The notes: a model not told the origin generated them from the sequence alone. Shown: positions 27,699-39,200, counted from the first letter of the stretch. The stretch is 49,892 nt of DNA from an uncultured Candidatus Poseidoniales archaeon (GCA_964342625.1 CAYFGC010000001.1:1-49892), one strand, 5' to 3'. Numbers and translations are program-made.

Positions 27699-28793
27699 TC
27701 ATGAATTATCAACCTCTGCAACAACCAATCTCTTCTGTGACATGATGTGACTAACCGCAGAACCAGTAGAGTCTCGAGTCACCACTGGCTCACCCCCCAT
27801 TGCCTCCTCCCAAAGAAGACCAGCCCTGTAACTTGACCTAACTAGCGGTCCACTAGCGACGGCACCGAACCCAAGCTCCCTTGCTAGTCGATCCCAGTCT
27901 GCAAAATTGCTTGGCTCAGGAAACCTGTCAACAGGGAGGTGCCTGAAGCTAGGCTGCAGATACTGCCCTAGGGTAATCATGTCGACCCCAGCTTCACGAA
28001 TCATCTTCATGGCCTCTTCCACCTCTTCGTCGGATTCTCCAAGGCCGACCATTAGGCTAGTCTTGGTTAGTATATCCGGGCGCACTTCCTTTGCCTTCCT
28101 CAGTATGTCTAGGGATTGCCCGAATGAGGCCCTGCGATCTCGAACTATTCGATCTAGGCGAGGCACGCACTCGACATTATGCGCGAAAACCCTCAGGGGC
28201 AGGCCATCCAACATTTCCTCTAGAGCCTCTAGATTACCGTCAAGATCGGAACAAAGCAATTCCAATCCAACATCCGGATTCTTGATGGAAACCTCTGAGA
28301 TGCAATCCCGGTAGTGCATTGCTCCGCCATCTTGAAGGTCATCTCTGTTTACAACAGTAATTACTGCATAGCTCAGCCCCATATTGAAAACTGCATCAGC
28401 TAACTCTTTGGGTTCTTCCGCATTTAGCTCCGGAGGATCCTTCACCGTTCCTACTGCACAGAATCTGCATCCCCTGGTGCACACTTCCCCGGCTACCATG
28501 AATGTAGCAGTCCCCCTGCCCCAGCAATCGTGTACGTTCGGGCACCGAGCCTCTTCGCAGACTGTATTCAATCCATGAGTTTCGACATTGCTCTTGGTTT
28601 CGTTGTATCTAGACTGAGCCAGACCAGTTGGAAGTGCGGTCTTGAACCATGATGGCAGCCTCTTCCTCAAGTTTTTCCTTTTTTCCAGAGGGCCTATCGA
28701 ACTGGTACTACCACAACCTAAGGACGCCTCTGCCCCGGTATCGATGATTGGCAACCGCCTCTCCATCGCTATCAGCGGATAGAAGAACGACAT
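27699..28793 (-). CDS. lipA: lipoyl synthase (radical SAM)
   Basis: Auxiliary cluster motif CEEARCPNVHDCW and radical-SAM motif CTRGCRFCAV. There is an N-terminal extension; an alternative ATG lies at codon 10. Confidence 0.93.
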   Translation of the reverse strand: MSFFYPLIAMERRLPIIDTGAEASLGCGSTSSIGPLEKRKNLRKRLPSWFKTALPTGLAQSRYNETKSNVETHGLNTVCEEARCPNVHDCWGRGTATFMVAGEVCTRGCRFCAVGTVKDPPELNAEEPKELADAVFNMGLSYAVITVVNRDDLQDGGAMHYRDCISEVSIKNPDVGLELLCSDLDGNLEALEEMLDGLPLRVFAHNVECVPRLDRIVRDRRASFGQSLDILRKAKEVRPDILTKTSLMVGLGESDEEVEEAMKMIREAGVDMITLGQYLQPSFRHLPVDRFPEPSNFADWDRLARELGFGAVASGPLVRSSYRAGLLWEEAMGGEPVVTRDSTGSAVSHIMSQKRLVVAEVDNS

Positions 28794-28842
28794 TAACCGT
28801 TCTCATTGCGAAGTCCCGCTTGTTGTGAGCAATCGGTAAAGT

Positions 28843-29613
28843 GTGTGGTCCCCTGCGGAATGCGTGCGCGGGTCGGTATTGGTCACTGGAGGTGCCAAAA
28901 GGATAGGTCGAGAAATTTGCTTGAGGCTTTCTGAAGAGGGATTCTCAATTGCCATCCACTACAGAAATTCCGAACAAGAAGCAAACCAGCTAGTCGGAGA
29001 GATAGAGGCCAGTGGCGGAAAGGCAATCTCCATTCGATGCGATCTCAATGATTACGACTCAGTGAAGGGATTAATTCACAGAGTAACAGAATCACTTGGG
29101 ACTGTTGTGGGAGTGGTAAACAACGCCTCACTCTTCTCTTTCGACAGGATTGAAAACCTCTCCGAAGAACTGTGGACAGAACACATGAAAGTAAATGCAC
29201 TCGCACCTCTAGTCTTAATCGGAGAGTTGTCCAAGTCTGCCAAAGAGCCCTCATGGGTGGTGAATGTGTTGGATTTCAAGGTTGAATCCCCAAATGCAGA
29301 TTACCTGTCATATACGGGTTCAAGATTTGCAATGCACGGATTGACCTCTGCACTTGCAATTGACCTCGCCCCAAGAATCAGAGTTAACTCAGTTGCACCA
29401 GGGCACGTTCTTACTAGTGATGTTCTAGATGCCGACTCACTCGAGGCAATCCAATCTAAATCCCCATTAGGGTTCGGGCCATCTTCACATGATGTCTCTG
29501 AATCAATAGTCTTCTTGGCGAATTCTCCATCCATAACGGGGCAAACCATCTTCGTTGACTCTGGTGAGAGGTTTAGACAGGTGGGAAAAGATCCAGCGTT
29601 TGACAAGGAGTGA
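28843..29613 (+). CDS. short-chain dehydrogenase of the pteridine reductase (PTR1/FolM-like) type
   Basis: VTGGAKRIGREI cofactor loop. Active-site Asp-(13 residues)-Tyr spacing (NVLD...YTGSR) as in PTR1/FolM, which use Asp rather than Ser. The YxxxK lysine reads Arg here. GTG start. Confidence 0.72.
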   Translation: MWSPAECVRGSVLVTGGAKRIGREICLRLSEEGFSIAIHYRNSEQEANQLVGEIEASGGKAISIRCDLNDYDSVKGLIHRVTESLGTVVGVVNNASLFSFDRIENLSEELWTEHMKVNALAPLVLIGELSKSAKEPSWVVNVLDFKVESPNADYLSYTGSRFAMHGLTSALAIDLAPRIRVNSVAPGHVLTSDVLDADSLEAIQSKSPLGFGPSSHDVSESIVFLANSPSITGQTIFVDSGERFRQVGKDPAFDKE

Positions 29614-30038
29614 GAATATTGACAATAACAACTCACCATCTTAGTTCTATCATCGGAAGACTCGAGTCTTCTGGTTGGACAACATTGAGACTAGAGGACG
29701 TTGTAATTGAACTGGACATAGGAGCACATGATTACGAGAAGGGAGTGAAGCAACCCGTTAGATTCGATATCGAAGTTCTGCTCGAAGGCTCCGAACCCCC
29801 AATCAATGATCAGATTGGAGACGTGCTAGACTACGAGTATCTTCATCTCTCGATAGAAAAGGCAACTTCCCAGAGGAACACCCTAATGGAGACAATAGCC
29901 TCTTCGATTCTGGAATCTATACTAATTCCAGATAATGTTGTAGCCGGAGTGGTATGCTTGACCAAGATTTCTCCAATCGGATTTGATGGCAAATTTGGCT
30001 GCACCCTTGCGAGGGTGAAATCCAGATTTGAGAATTAA
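29610..30038 (+). CDS. dihydroneopterin aldolase/epimerase family protein (FolB/FolX-like)
   Basis: LEDVVIELDIGAHDYEKGVKQPVRFDIEV ... DYEYLHLSIEKA ... LMETIASSILESI fits the FolB-family tunnel-fold pattern (G-x-x-x-x-E ... Y ... LxE). The GTG start overlaps the reductase stop by 4 nt. Confidence 0.62.
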   Translation: MRILTITTHHLSSIIGRLESSGWTTLRLEDVVIELDIGAHDYEKGVKQPVRFDIEVLLEGSEPPINDQIGDVLDYEYLHLSIEKATSQRNTLMETIASSILESILIPDNVVAGVVCLTKISPIGFDGKFGCTLARVKSRFEN

Positions 30039-30124
30039 TGGTGCAGGGGATGGGATTCGAACCCATGAAGCACTAAGCACCGGAGCTTAAGTCCGGCCCC
30101 TTTGACCAACTCGGGTACCCCTGC
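30039..30124 (-). tRNA. tRNA-Leu (anticodon UAA), class II with long variable arm, CCA encoded
   Basis: The minus strand reads GCAGGGG-TA-CCCGAGTTGGTCAAAGGGG-CCGGA-CTTAAGC-TCCGG-TGCTTAGTGCTTC-ATGGG-TTCGAAT-CCCAT-CCCCTGC-A-CCA. It has a 7-bp acceptor stem, 5-bp anticodon stem, TAA anticodon, canonical T-arm and a 13-nt variable region. Confidence 0.87.
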
Positions 30125-30225
30125 AGCCTAACGAGGCCCGACTTTCGATTTCAACCGAGCGGACGATAACGTGCAATAACCGACGCATCAACTACTCCAA
30201 ACTCCCGAACTCTTTAACATCCCGG

Positions 30226-33180
30226 ATGCGGCGCACAATCGTGCGAAATCGCAATCCCCACTCCTCAGTTCGTCAAACTACACTGGTCTCACTGTCGTTG
30301 GCATTATTGATGCTGATTCCCACTGGCTTCGATTTGGAATCATCAGAACTTCCCGATTACAAGGCCTTCAATGCCTCAGAAAGCGCCCCAGACGCCAACT
30401 TGTACAAGTTATACTTCGTACAGCCGGGTCAGAACCAGACTGCTGGAATGGACGGGCTGATCAGTACTCAGCCACCTGAAGGGAACGAGGACCAGGAAGT
30501 GGCAAGCGCCTTGGATGACGATGTCCAATTCATGACCATTTCACTGATGTCATCGATGGATTTCTTTGGGAGGAAGTTCCATGCCAATGACTCATACTAC
30601 ATTCCAGTTGAACTATTCCTAAAGTCAGAGGGGTCTCAGAATTCAAATGTAGATTGGACAGTTTCCATTATGACTTCAGAGAGAACCATCGGTTCCACAA
30701 CTTACTCCGGTTCCGTCTGCTCCTCATCATTCGGCAGTAGTTGCGACTTCGATCATGAGATTATCGACGTGGGTATAGGAAATTCCGAATCTTTCCAAGT
30801 AGGGAAGAACGAGCGATTGATCATCAGGGTCAGGGCTAGCATGTCTGGATGCGACAGTAGCGACAGCCCCTTCGGCGGGTCTAGCTGTACTGCAGATGTT
30901 GCATTCAACAACATCGACAACGAGCCAAACAAATTCTCCAAGATGGAGGCAAATGGAAATGCACTGATGAACAGCATCATTGTAGTTCAGAGAGAAGGTG
31001 CAAACATTGCCGAGGGTTCTGAGATAGACTGGTACCCGAATGACATTGTCGAGGACAGGGAGATGCAGTTTTCCATAGATGCGATCAGTGCATTTGGGCG
31101 GGCGGACATATCCAGGGTCGACATACTCATGAGGGGGCCGGATGGAAACTACGAGGTCGATGAAAGAATCACTGGAGACATGGAGGATATCGAGGATTCC
31201 AGCACAGGGATATTTGGCAAATTCCTTTTCACATACGATAGTGGACTTTCACCCGGGGAGTATACGGTATTTCTCAGGGTTCGAGATGTCGGTGGCAACG
31301 AAATAGAGATAGAGCATGAACCAATAGAGATGCACCAGTTTGGCGTTTCACTGAAGCATCGTTTCGACCGTTCAGTGGAGTACTTCGCTCCCGGGAAGGT
31401 CACTCCCGTCCCCATGGTTCTTATCCATAGGGGCGATTCCACCAAGTCGATGAACGTAGAACTGGAAGTTCTGACTAATCTGGGTAGCTCTTGGTTGGTT
31501 GAGTTCGATTCACCAGCAGGGTACGAGATGAGTTCCGGGGGTACGGTGATCAATCCTACTGTGACACTCACAGCCCCAGATGATCTGACTGGGATGCCGA
31601 AGAAGATTGAGATCCGAGCCGTAGCCGAGGCGGATGTGGATGGGGTTATTTCGGTCGTCCATCAGGATACCCTCGTACTGAACGTGGAGAAGATTGACGT
31701 CTATCAGCCCCCTGTAGTCTCAGTATGGTCCGAGGATCATAAAATACCAATAGCGAACTCATCCAGGGGGGAAGCTCTTGATTCGACGATCCCTAGATTC
31801 GCTGAATACGGGGAATTCAACCCGTTTATTTTAGAGATTTTCAATACTGGTTTCGATGCAGACACCTTCAGAATCGACATTCTGAAGAGATCAAAATCAA
31901 TCTTCCAATTCCACGATAACCTAACCGGCCAGCAGATCCTTCAATCCGAGGCCGACGGAACTTACCACACCCCTCTTCTGGAGAGGCACAGCACAAAGGT
32001 CCTGATTCTCGGGGTGAAGCCAAGCCTGGATAGGGAGGACGAGGATATCGGGGAGATTGAGATAGAAGTAATCAGTGGAGGCAATTCCTCAACCACAACT
32101 ACCGTTTCATTCACAATCCAGAGGACATATGGCATTAGGGGGGAGATCTCACAGGATTGTGACGGAACTCCCCTCGGACACATGCAGGTGTCACTCTGCG
32201 CACCCGGACAGGATAGGCCCGTATTGGACTTCAGAGCACGATTGACCAATAGTGAGACGGATTTGGAAGCAGCATCGTGGTGGCTGCTACAGAACCCCTC
32301 CACATTGAAGGAAAATACGGATAGAAACTCCGCATATGGGCAATGGGATTTCAGAATAACAAATTCGGACGGAGAGGCAGTCCCTAGGGTTTCCCTTGGT
32401 CCCGGGGACTTCACCGAGGTCTTCATCAGTGCAACTCTGACCAATCAGGTAGAGGTGGGGAACCACACCGTCTATCTGAGGATTGTCGAGGACATTGAAG
32501 AAGACGAACCAAGATATTTCGATCTCCCGATGACCTTTGAGATTGAAGCAGATCAACCCATGTTGGAGATAGTTCAGGTTTCCCAGAATACCAAACTTGC
32601 TCCTGGTAATGACTATTCTATCCAGATGAAGGTAAAGAATGAGGGCAACAGTCCGATGACTGTTCTTCTGGAAGCCGATGTAGACGAGAGTGGTTGGGAT
32701 GTGAGCATCGGTGGACTTTCTGGCTCCCCACTGATAGAAATTGATGCTTTTGACGAGGCAACCTTCACAGTCGAGGTTTCCGTTTCCAGTTCAGCAAACA
32801 ACGGAGACTCAATTCCAATAATGGTCACTGCTACCCCACTAGACACGGAGCAGAGCTTCTCAGAGTCTCTAACCGCCAAGTTCACCCTTACGGCAATCGT
32901 TGAGATTGGCTCATTCGTAGATATAATCGTCAACGAAATGTCCCACCCCAGACCAATAACCCTTGTTCTTGTTTTGGTCAGTGTTCTGTTGCTTTTTGCC
33001 GGGATTCAGAGCAGGCTCAATAGGAGGAGGTGGGCAGCTCAGATGAGTATGTTGGAGTCACTCTCTGAAGATGAGGTAACGGTCGAAGAAAACACCCCTG
33101 AGATTCCCGCACCTGTCACGGTGGAGGAAGAACACAGTGGCCCAGACAGGTACGACGATGAAGATGTCGAGCTATTGTAG
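30226..33180 (+). CDS. large surface protein with about 4 CARDB/NEW3-like beta-sandwich modules, C-terminal TM and acidic cytoplasmic tail (COG1470-like)
   Basis: N-terminal signal anchor (LVSLSLALLMLIP). Modules such as PGNDYSIQMKVKNEGNSPMTVLLEADVDESGWDVS. Many N-x-S/T sequons. C-terminal TM ITLVLVLVSVLLLFAGI followed by RLNRRRW and a 60-aa acidic tail. Confidence 0.72.
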   Translation: MRRTIVRNRNPHSSVRQTTLVSLSLALLMLIPTGFDLESSELPDYKAFNASESAPDANLYKLYFVQPGQNQTAGMDGLISTQPPEGNEDQEVASALDDDVQFMTISLMSSMDFFGRKFHANDSYYIPVELFLKSEGSQNSNVDWTVSIMTSERTIGSTTYSGSVCSSSFGSSCDFDHEIIDVGIGNSESFQVGKNERLIIRVRASMSGCDSSDSPFGGSSCTADVAFNNIDNEPNKFSKMEANGNALMNSIIVVQREGANIAEGSEIDWYPNDIVEDREMQFSIDAISAFGRADISRVDILMRGPDGNYEVDERITGDMEDIEDSSTGIFGKFLFTYDSGLSPGEYTVFLRVRDVGGNEIEIEHEPIEMHQFGVSLKHRFDRSVEYFAPGKVTPVPMVLIHRGDSTKSMNVELEVLTNLGSSWLVEFDSPAGYEMSSGGTVINPTVTLTAPDDLTGMPKKIEIRAVAEADVDGVISVVHQDTLVLNVEKIDVYQPPVVSVWSEDHKIPIANSSRGEALDSTIPRFAEYGEFNPFILEIFNTGFDADTFRIDILKRSKSIFQFHDNLTGQQILQSEADGTYHTPLLERHSTKVLILGVKPSLDREDEDIGEIEIEVISGGNSSTTTTVSFTIQRTYGIRGEISQDCDGTPLGHMQVSLCAPGQDRPVLDFRARLTNSETDLEAASWWLLQNPSTLKENTDRNSAYGQWDFRITNSDGEAVPRVSLGPGDFTEVFISATLTNQVEVGNHTVYLRIVEDIEEDEPRYFDLPMTFEIEADQPMLEIVQVSQNTKLAPGNDYSIQMKVKNEGNSPMTVLLEADVDESGWDVSIGGLSGSPLIEIDAFDEATFTVEVSVSSSANNGDSIPIMVTATPLDTEQSFSESLTAKFTLTAIVEIGSFVDIIVNEMSHPRPITLVLVLVSVLLLFAGIQSRLNRRRWAAQMSMLESLSEDEVTVEENTPEIPAPVTVEEEHSGPDRYDDEDVELL

Positions 33181-33255
33181 TCTGCAAATGTACGAACGAC
33201 GCTCCATTCTTCTTAAGACCCTGAGTTAGCGGCCTACAAAACGAGACTGACACCC

Positions 33256-36200
33256 ATGCAGTTAGTAACTTCAAATTATGAAGAATCTAGTCCCATGGGC
33301 AAGAAGATGTCAGCCACATTTCTGACATTCTTGCTTCTCATGACCGGGATAGCCTCGATGCAGATTGCAGTGTTCGAAGTTTCTGCTACTGTGAACGACC
33401 AGGATGCAGACGGTCTCCCATATGGGATTGAGTTCTTGATCAACACCCAGCCTCAGGATTGGGACTCGGATAACGACGGCCTCCCCGATGGATGGGAATG
33501 GCAATATGGATTAGACCCCCTGTCGTCATTAGGTGAAAACGGCTCCACGGGGGACCCCGACTCTGACGGACTCACAAACCTGAACGAGTATCTTTTCGGA
33601 ATCCCTTCTGGTTGGGATGAGCCCTCTACTACAAACATCCTGGACAATGGTGTTTGGTGGAATGGCACTGTTCCTGTCTCAAACTGGGATGAGGAGAGTG
33701 CCATGCAAGTGATACAGGGCTCAGGTTCAGATGGCGCAGACGAGGATCCAGTAGGGAACATCTGCACTGATACGTTCGACAACGATCACGATGGAATGGT
33801 CGATTCTCATGATCCTGACTTCGATGGGGATGCCGATTGCAGCTCCAATGATGATGATGGGGACGGAATCGAAGACGAGGACCCCAATGGTTGGGATACC
33901 GATGGCGATGGAATGCCAGATGGGTGGGAGGTGGCAAATGGACTCGATCCAACTTCTAACTCAAACCAAGATGGGACCTTTGGAGACCCTGACTCAGATG
34001 GGCTTTCAAACATTTACGAGTACGTGAACCCAGCATGGGGGACTAGGAACGGAACGACATTTCCTCCTACGCAGTACTTCAGACCTGGGCCAATCAACAT
34101 GACGATCACTGAATCACCTTGTAATCCAGTACTTTCACTCGGCCCGGGTGGGTGTGGAATTTTTACTGCAGAGGTGGATGGAATCACCCAGACCGACCCT
34201 CAGAACAACGATACCGATGGCGATGGTCTGAATGACTCCTTTGAGGGACTAGTCTTGCTCACTGACCCAACCTCCCCAGATACTGACTCTGACGGAATTC
34301 TAGATGGAATAGAATTCAATGGGTCGTACGGGGATCCAGCACAGGGGTCTGACCCTAGGAGTAACAACACAGACGGGGACCATTTGGATGATGGTGACGA
34401 AGATCTGAATGGCAATGGCGTGATTGATCCCGGTGAGACTGATCCAACTAGGATCAACGACGAAGGCGATTTCGATGGCGACGGTCTACAAAATTGGGAG
34501 GAGAACAACTCCTGCACTCTATGGAACGTATCCGATTCAGATGGGGGTGGCATAAGTGACGGGGACGAAGGATTCCCCGGACAGACCGATCCGTGCACAT
34601 CCATTTTCGAACTAGTTTTCACAATCATTGACTGGGATGCAGATGCTGATACGCTAACCATCAACTCCACTGAAGGGATTAATCCCAACCCTGTTGATTG
34701 GAGGGGAAACGCCCCGATGGCTTACTTCGTTTCCCCCAATGGTACGCGGACACCGTTCAGCTATGCCTCCCTGGAGGAACCATCATTCCTGAAGGGAGTA
34801 GATACAGACCCCCCATTAGGCTCAACAATGATTTCGTTCATCAATGGCTCTTGGTGTTGGGATGCTTCTGCTAATGCAACCAATGACCCATGGTGTGATG
34901 ATGACTACAAGGACACGGACGGCGATGGTCTTGCAGACTGGGAGGAATTGACAGCAGCATGGGGTTATCTATCCGATCCGACCCTATACGATACCGATGG
35001 GGATGGCGTCAATGATCTTTCTGAAACTCTGAACCTAACAGACCCTAGAGAGCCCTGTGACAACCTGCTTGATACCGATGGGGATGGGTTGAACAACTAT
35101 TTCGAGAATACCACAGGGTGCTCAATGATTTTCGGTATTGGTGGCTTTGGCTTCGGGGGGAATTTCACGTCTGACGTTTGGTTCACTCTTTGGAACGTCG
35201 CAGATACGGACAATGGAGGAGTTGAGGATGGCCAGGAATATCTAGACGGGACAAACCCTCAGGACAATCCAGACGATGACATCAATCCTCTCGATACCGA
35301 TGGGGATGGTATCCCCGACCTAATAGAGCAGGAGTTAGGAACTGACTGGCTTGACCCCGATACTGACGGTGGAGGAATCCCAGATGGTGAAGAATGCCCC
35401 GAGGATTTCTGGGTTCTGGATTGTATAGGTTCCCCGGGCGATCCCTTCAATCCAATTGACGATATACAGGAGAACGCACTGATGTTCACTGCCACAAATA
35501 GCTCCGAAGGACTGGATCCAACCATCAAACACTACTGGAGATGGCATACCTATGACTTCTACACTGGGGTATCTTGGGGCGTGAATAGTACATTGGTAGG
35601 GAATACTCAGGTTATCCCAGAATTCTCTACAGAACAAGGTGTTGCAGACCAGTCTTTCTGGAATCACTCAGGCCCACTATCCTGGGAGATAATCTTCGAT
35701 GAAGCCGGATACATCGGACCCGGGCAAGAACTCATCCAGCCCTACAACGTTGTTAATTTCACAGCATGGGTGGATAACTCAGCCGGACTCAATTTCTCAA
35801 ACTACACTCGTGACATAATGGTTGACAGTGCCGTCATTGAGGCACTATACGTCAATGCTCCTGAGGTGATATTATCAGCGGCAATAAGAGACAATTCCAC
35901 AGCCTTCGCCGGTTCTGATTACGGTAAGGACCTACCTCAAGATTTCATTAACAACTCGGGGTTCGTCGCAAACCTTACCCAGGATGTTATTGATCAGTCA
36001 GGAGCGATATCAGCTTGGGACAAGGTCACTGCAATTCAGAATTTCATTGTTAACGGAAATGACACTATCTCTTTCCTAAGAAATCACTACGGCTCTGGAA
36101 GAGAAAGCGGCCTTGGAATAGATAGTGATGTTTCTCACTGGATCCTAAACTCTTCCAGGGAAGGAGACTGTGATGAGTTCACTTCTGTCTTCGTGACCAT

Positions 36201-39200
36201 GCTTAGGGTAGCGGGAATACCCGCAAGAAAGGTCACTGGATTCTCAGGCGGGTCGTGGGACGGCAAGGCATTCAATGTGTATGGCAAAGACTTCACTAGA
36301 TGGGCCGAGGTTCATTTGCAGACCAACCAGAACCAAGGAGAACTGGATCTTGGTTGGATACCCTTCGAGGCCTGCCCGCCGATGTCCGAAGTCAGGGTGA
36401 ATGTGCAGTCATGGGGGCCAACTTCCGTTCAGAGGAACACAACTACATCGGAAACAATCTGGGTCGAGGGGACATTGGAGTTCGTAGAAAACCAGACTCT
36501 GGTGGAGAACATCTCTCTCTCGATGTACCTTGTCGAACCCAATCAATCAGAACAGGTGCCGGGGAGTGCTGCCATCATAGAGCATCTGGTTTCCAATGTG
36601 TCAACTGATGAAAACGGGTCATTCAATCTAACCGGTCTCCCACAACAAATAATCCAACCAGGATTCGGCTCATTGGTAATACTGACAACTGAGAGGGGAT
36701 ATGTCGGAACTCAAGGGATTTCCATGCCGTGGCAGGTCAATATCACAGATAACGTATCTATGACTATCACCAGTCCAATCCCAGTAGGGCAGCCAATGCT
36801 GGGAATAGGAGTAAACTCATCAATTACAGGTCAACTTTCTTGGGCTAATTCACCTTTCTTGGATCCTTCAATCGTAGATGACCTGCAGGTTACTCTGAAC
36901 TACTCTTCAGATGTGGACGGCGAAGTTTCGATTGTTTCCGGCGTATCTGGAGGGGGTTACTACGAGTTCATCGTGCCAATCGACGAGTCAGAGCCCCTCG
37001 GCTTAATGGATGCCGCGATTTCATTCGATGGCTGGCATTTCGACGATCTGAACAACGCCACTACTCCATCTTACCACGCACTTCCAGGTTCCCTCCCCTT
37101 CATGCTCAACATCACGCTTTCCCCTGACCTAACCGTGGATATTCAGTCCCAGGGGCAGAATAACTCGATTTTGGAGATTGGCAGCAATATCTACCTTAAC
37201 GGAACGGTGCTCAGCAGAGGGCCATCGCCCACCCCGCTAAACGGGACATTGATTCTAGAAATGCGTAGGGCCGACCTCTCAGGCCCATTCCAAGAGCTGA
37301 CCACGTGGTACCTCAACAATTCCTCTTGGAGTTCCAATCCCGGTGAATTCTCCATCGTTTGGCCCTTCTCTGCCTCTGAAGTACCCCTCCCCGCAGGACC
37401 GGTCGATGTGCGCTTGCAGTTCGACTCCGATGACTTGAACTCGAATGATCAGGAGCAATTTGTCGATAACTACGGAATACGTAGCTTCGTCGTTTTCGAC
37501 TACGAACTCCCCTTCGCAATCAGAGGCAGGGAGTATGCTGTTGACGTATTCCTTGAGGATCACACCGGCTCATCATTTGCCCCATTCGATGGCGAATACT
37601 CCCTAATTTTCGATGGCGATACTGTTTGGAACGAAACAGACCCCGATGCAGGACGGGTTACTCCCACATTCACCCCTTCTTTCACGATGACTCCTGGAGA
37701 CTATGATTGGAACCTCAGTTATGGGGGTTCCACTTGGCTAAGCCCTAATTCCACATCGGGAGTTCTAAGGGTCAGAGGCATGGGCAATGCTTCTGCAATC
37801 CTCTCTAGTGATTGGTCTGTCAGGGGCTCAACAAATTGGGTCTCTGGATTTGCAAACGATATGGTGTTGCAGAGTCAAATAACTGGCAACAACACTTCTG
37901 TATTGGTGCAACTCGTCTTACCTTCGGAACTCCCTCCAACACCCGGTGGATTCCCAGCAGCCGGACCTACCTACAATATCGCAAATGGTTGGGTGGATGA
38001 AACCACTGGTGCATACAACCTATCATTTGAGATCCCACAGGGAGTCCCTTCGGGAGTTTACGAGCTCCATGTTACATTGAGTTTCTCTGTCAACCCACCA
38101 GAAGGAGGAAGCTACTACAATGCTGGAGATACAACAATTATCGACTTAGGCGTACAGACTGAGTTTGTTGTCGAGACCGAACCCCAATCTGCCATAGTTA
38201 CCGCAGGAGAAGAATTACTACTCCAATCGACCGTGACAGATGTCGAGGACCCAGATGTGACACTTTCTGGTGTTTCTCTGGATCTATACTTCGACTGGGG
38301 AGGGCCCTTGCAGACAATACTGCAATCTGGTACTACTAACTCACAAGGCGAGGTATCCTTCGACCCAATTGTTCCATCTACCGCACCGCCCGGTTTCTAC
38401 GACATTAGGGTGCACGCACCAGACGACCTTTCCGACACACTAACAACGACTGAAGCAGGAAGATGGCTCGGGAACGAAAGCTTCGTGAACCTAACAGTGC
38501 AAGTTGCTAGCTCTGTTGAGATAACCTCAATCCCGTCTCAGGTTACCGCACTGCAGTCATTCAACCTAGTGGGCAATGTGATGGATTCAGCAGATATCAA
38601 CAGGACAGTAGACGGGCCGGTTGGCATCAATGTGTTCTTCCTAGACGAGCCAGAAGAACTTCTGATCGATAATCAGACCACGAATATGACGGGTGCTTTC
38701 AACCTCACAGTCCCAACCGATGTTCTAGGAAACGGTGTACTCAGGGGTGAAAGGACCGTTGTCGTGAGCGTAGTCAACGGCTCGACACCATTCTATCTTA
38801 CAGGCAATGGAGATGCTTCAATACTAGTGGTGGGAATCTCCCAATTCGTCGATTCTAATCCTTTCATTAACACCATCGTTGACAGAGGCGAATCCATCAC
38901 CATCACAACTAGGCTAGTCGAGTTCAGCAACAACGAGAACCCGCTTTCTGGTTTCGAAGTCTTGGCTCGATTCCATGATACCTGGCTAGATTCCGGAGTA
39001 ACGGCCGCTGATGGCAGTGTAGCCTTCGAATTCGAAGTCCCCCATGATCATCCTCTTGGCCTGGTTAATGTCACCTTTGTCTTCAATGGGTCTGCTGACC
39101 TCCAACAAGCGGTGCAGGTCCTGAATACAATTACAGTGAGATCTTCGGCTACCATGGCAATAGATCAGATAACAGCGAACCCACTACCGGGGGAATTCTT

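Noticed and set aside
30039-33256. tRNA-Leu as the attachment site of an integrated mobile element or provirus
   Set aside because: No integrase, recombinase or phage-like genes are present in the window. I could not find a direct repeat of the tRNA 3' half downstream by eye. I kept it only as a possible flexible-island boundary.
34200-34688. 162-aa minus-strand ORF (S/P-rich) inside the giant gene, and similar antisense ORFs at 33453-34013, 31149-31571, 31962-32444 and 39429-39905
   Set aside because: They are antisense shadows of GAY/GGN-rich repeat coding sequence. Their products are low-complexity, and the sense frame is continuous with clear domain motifs.
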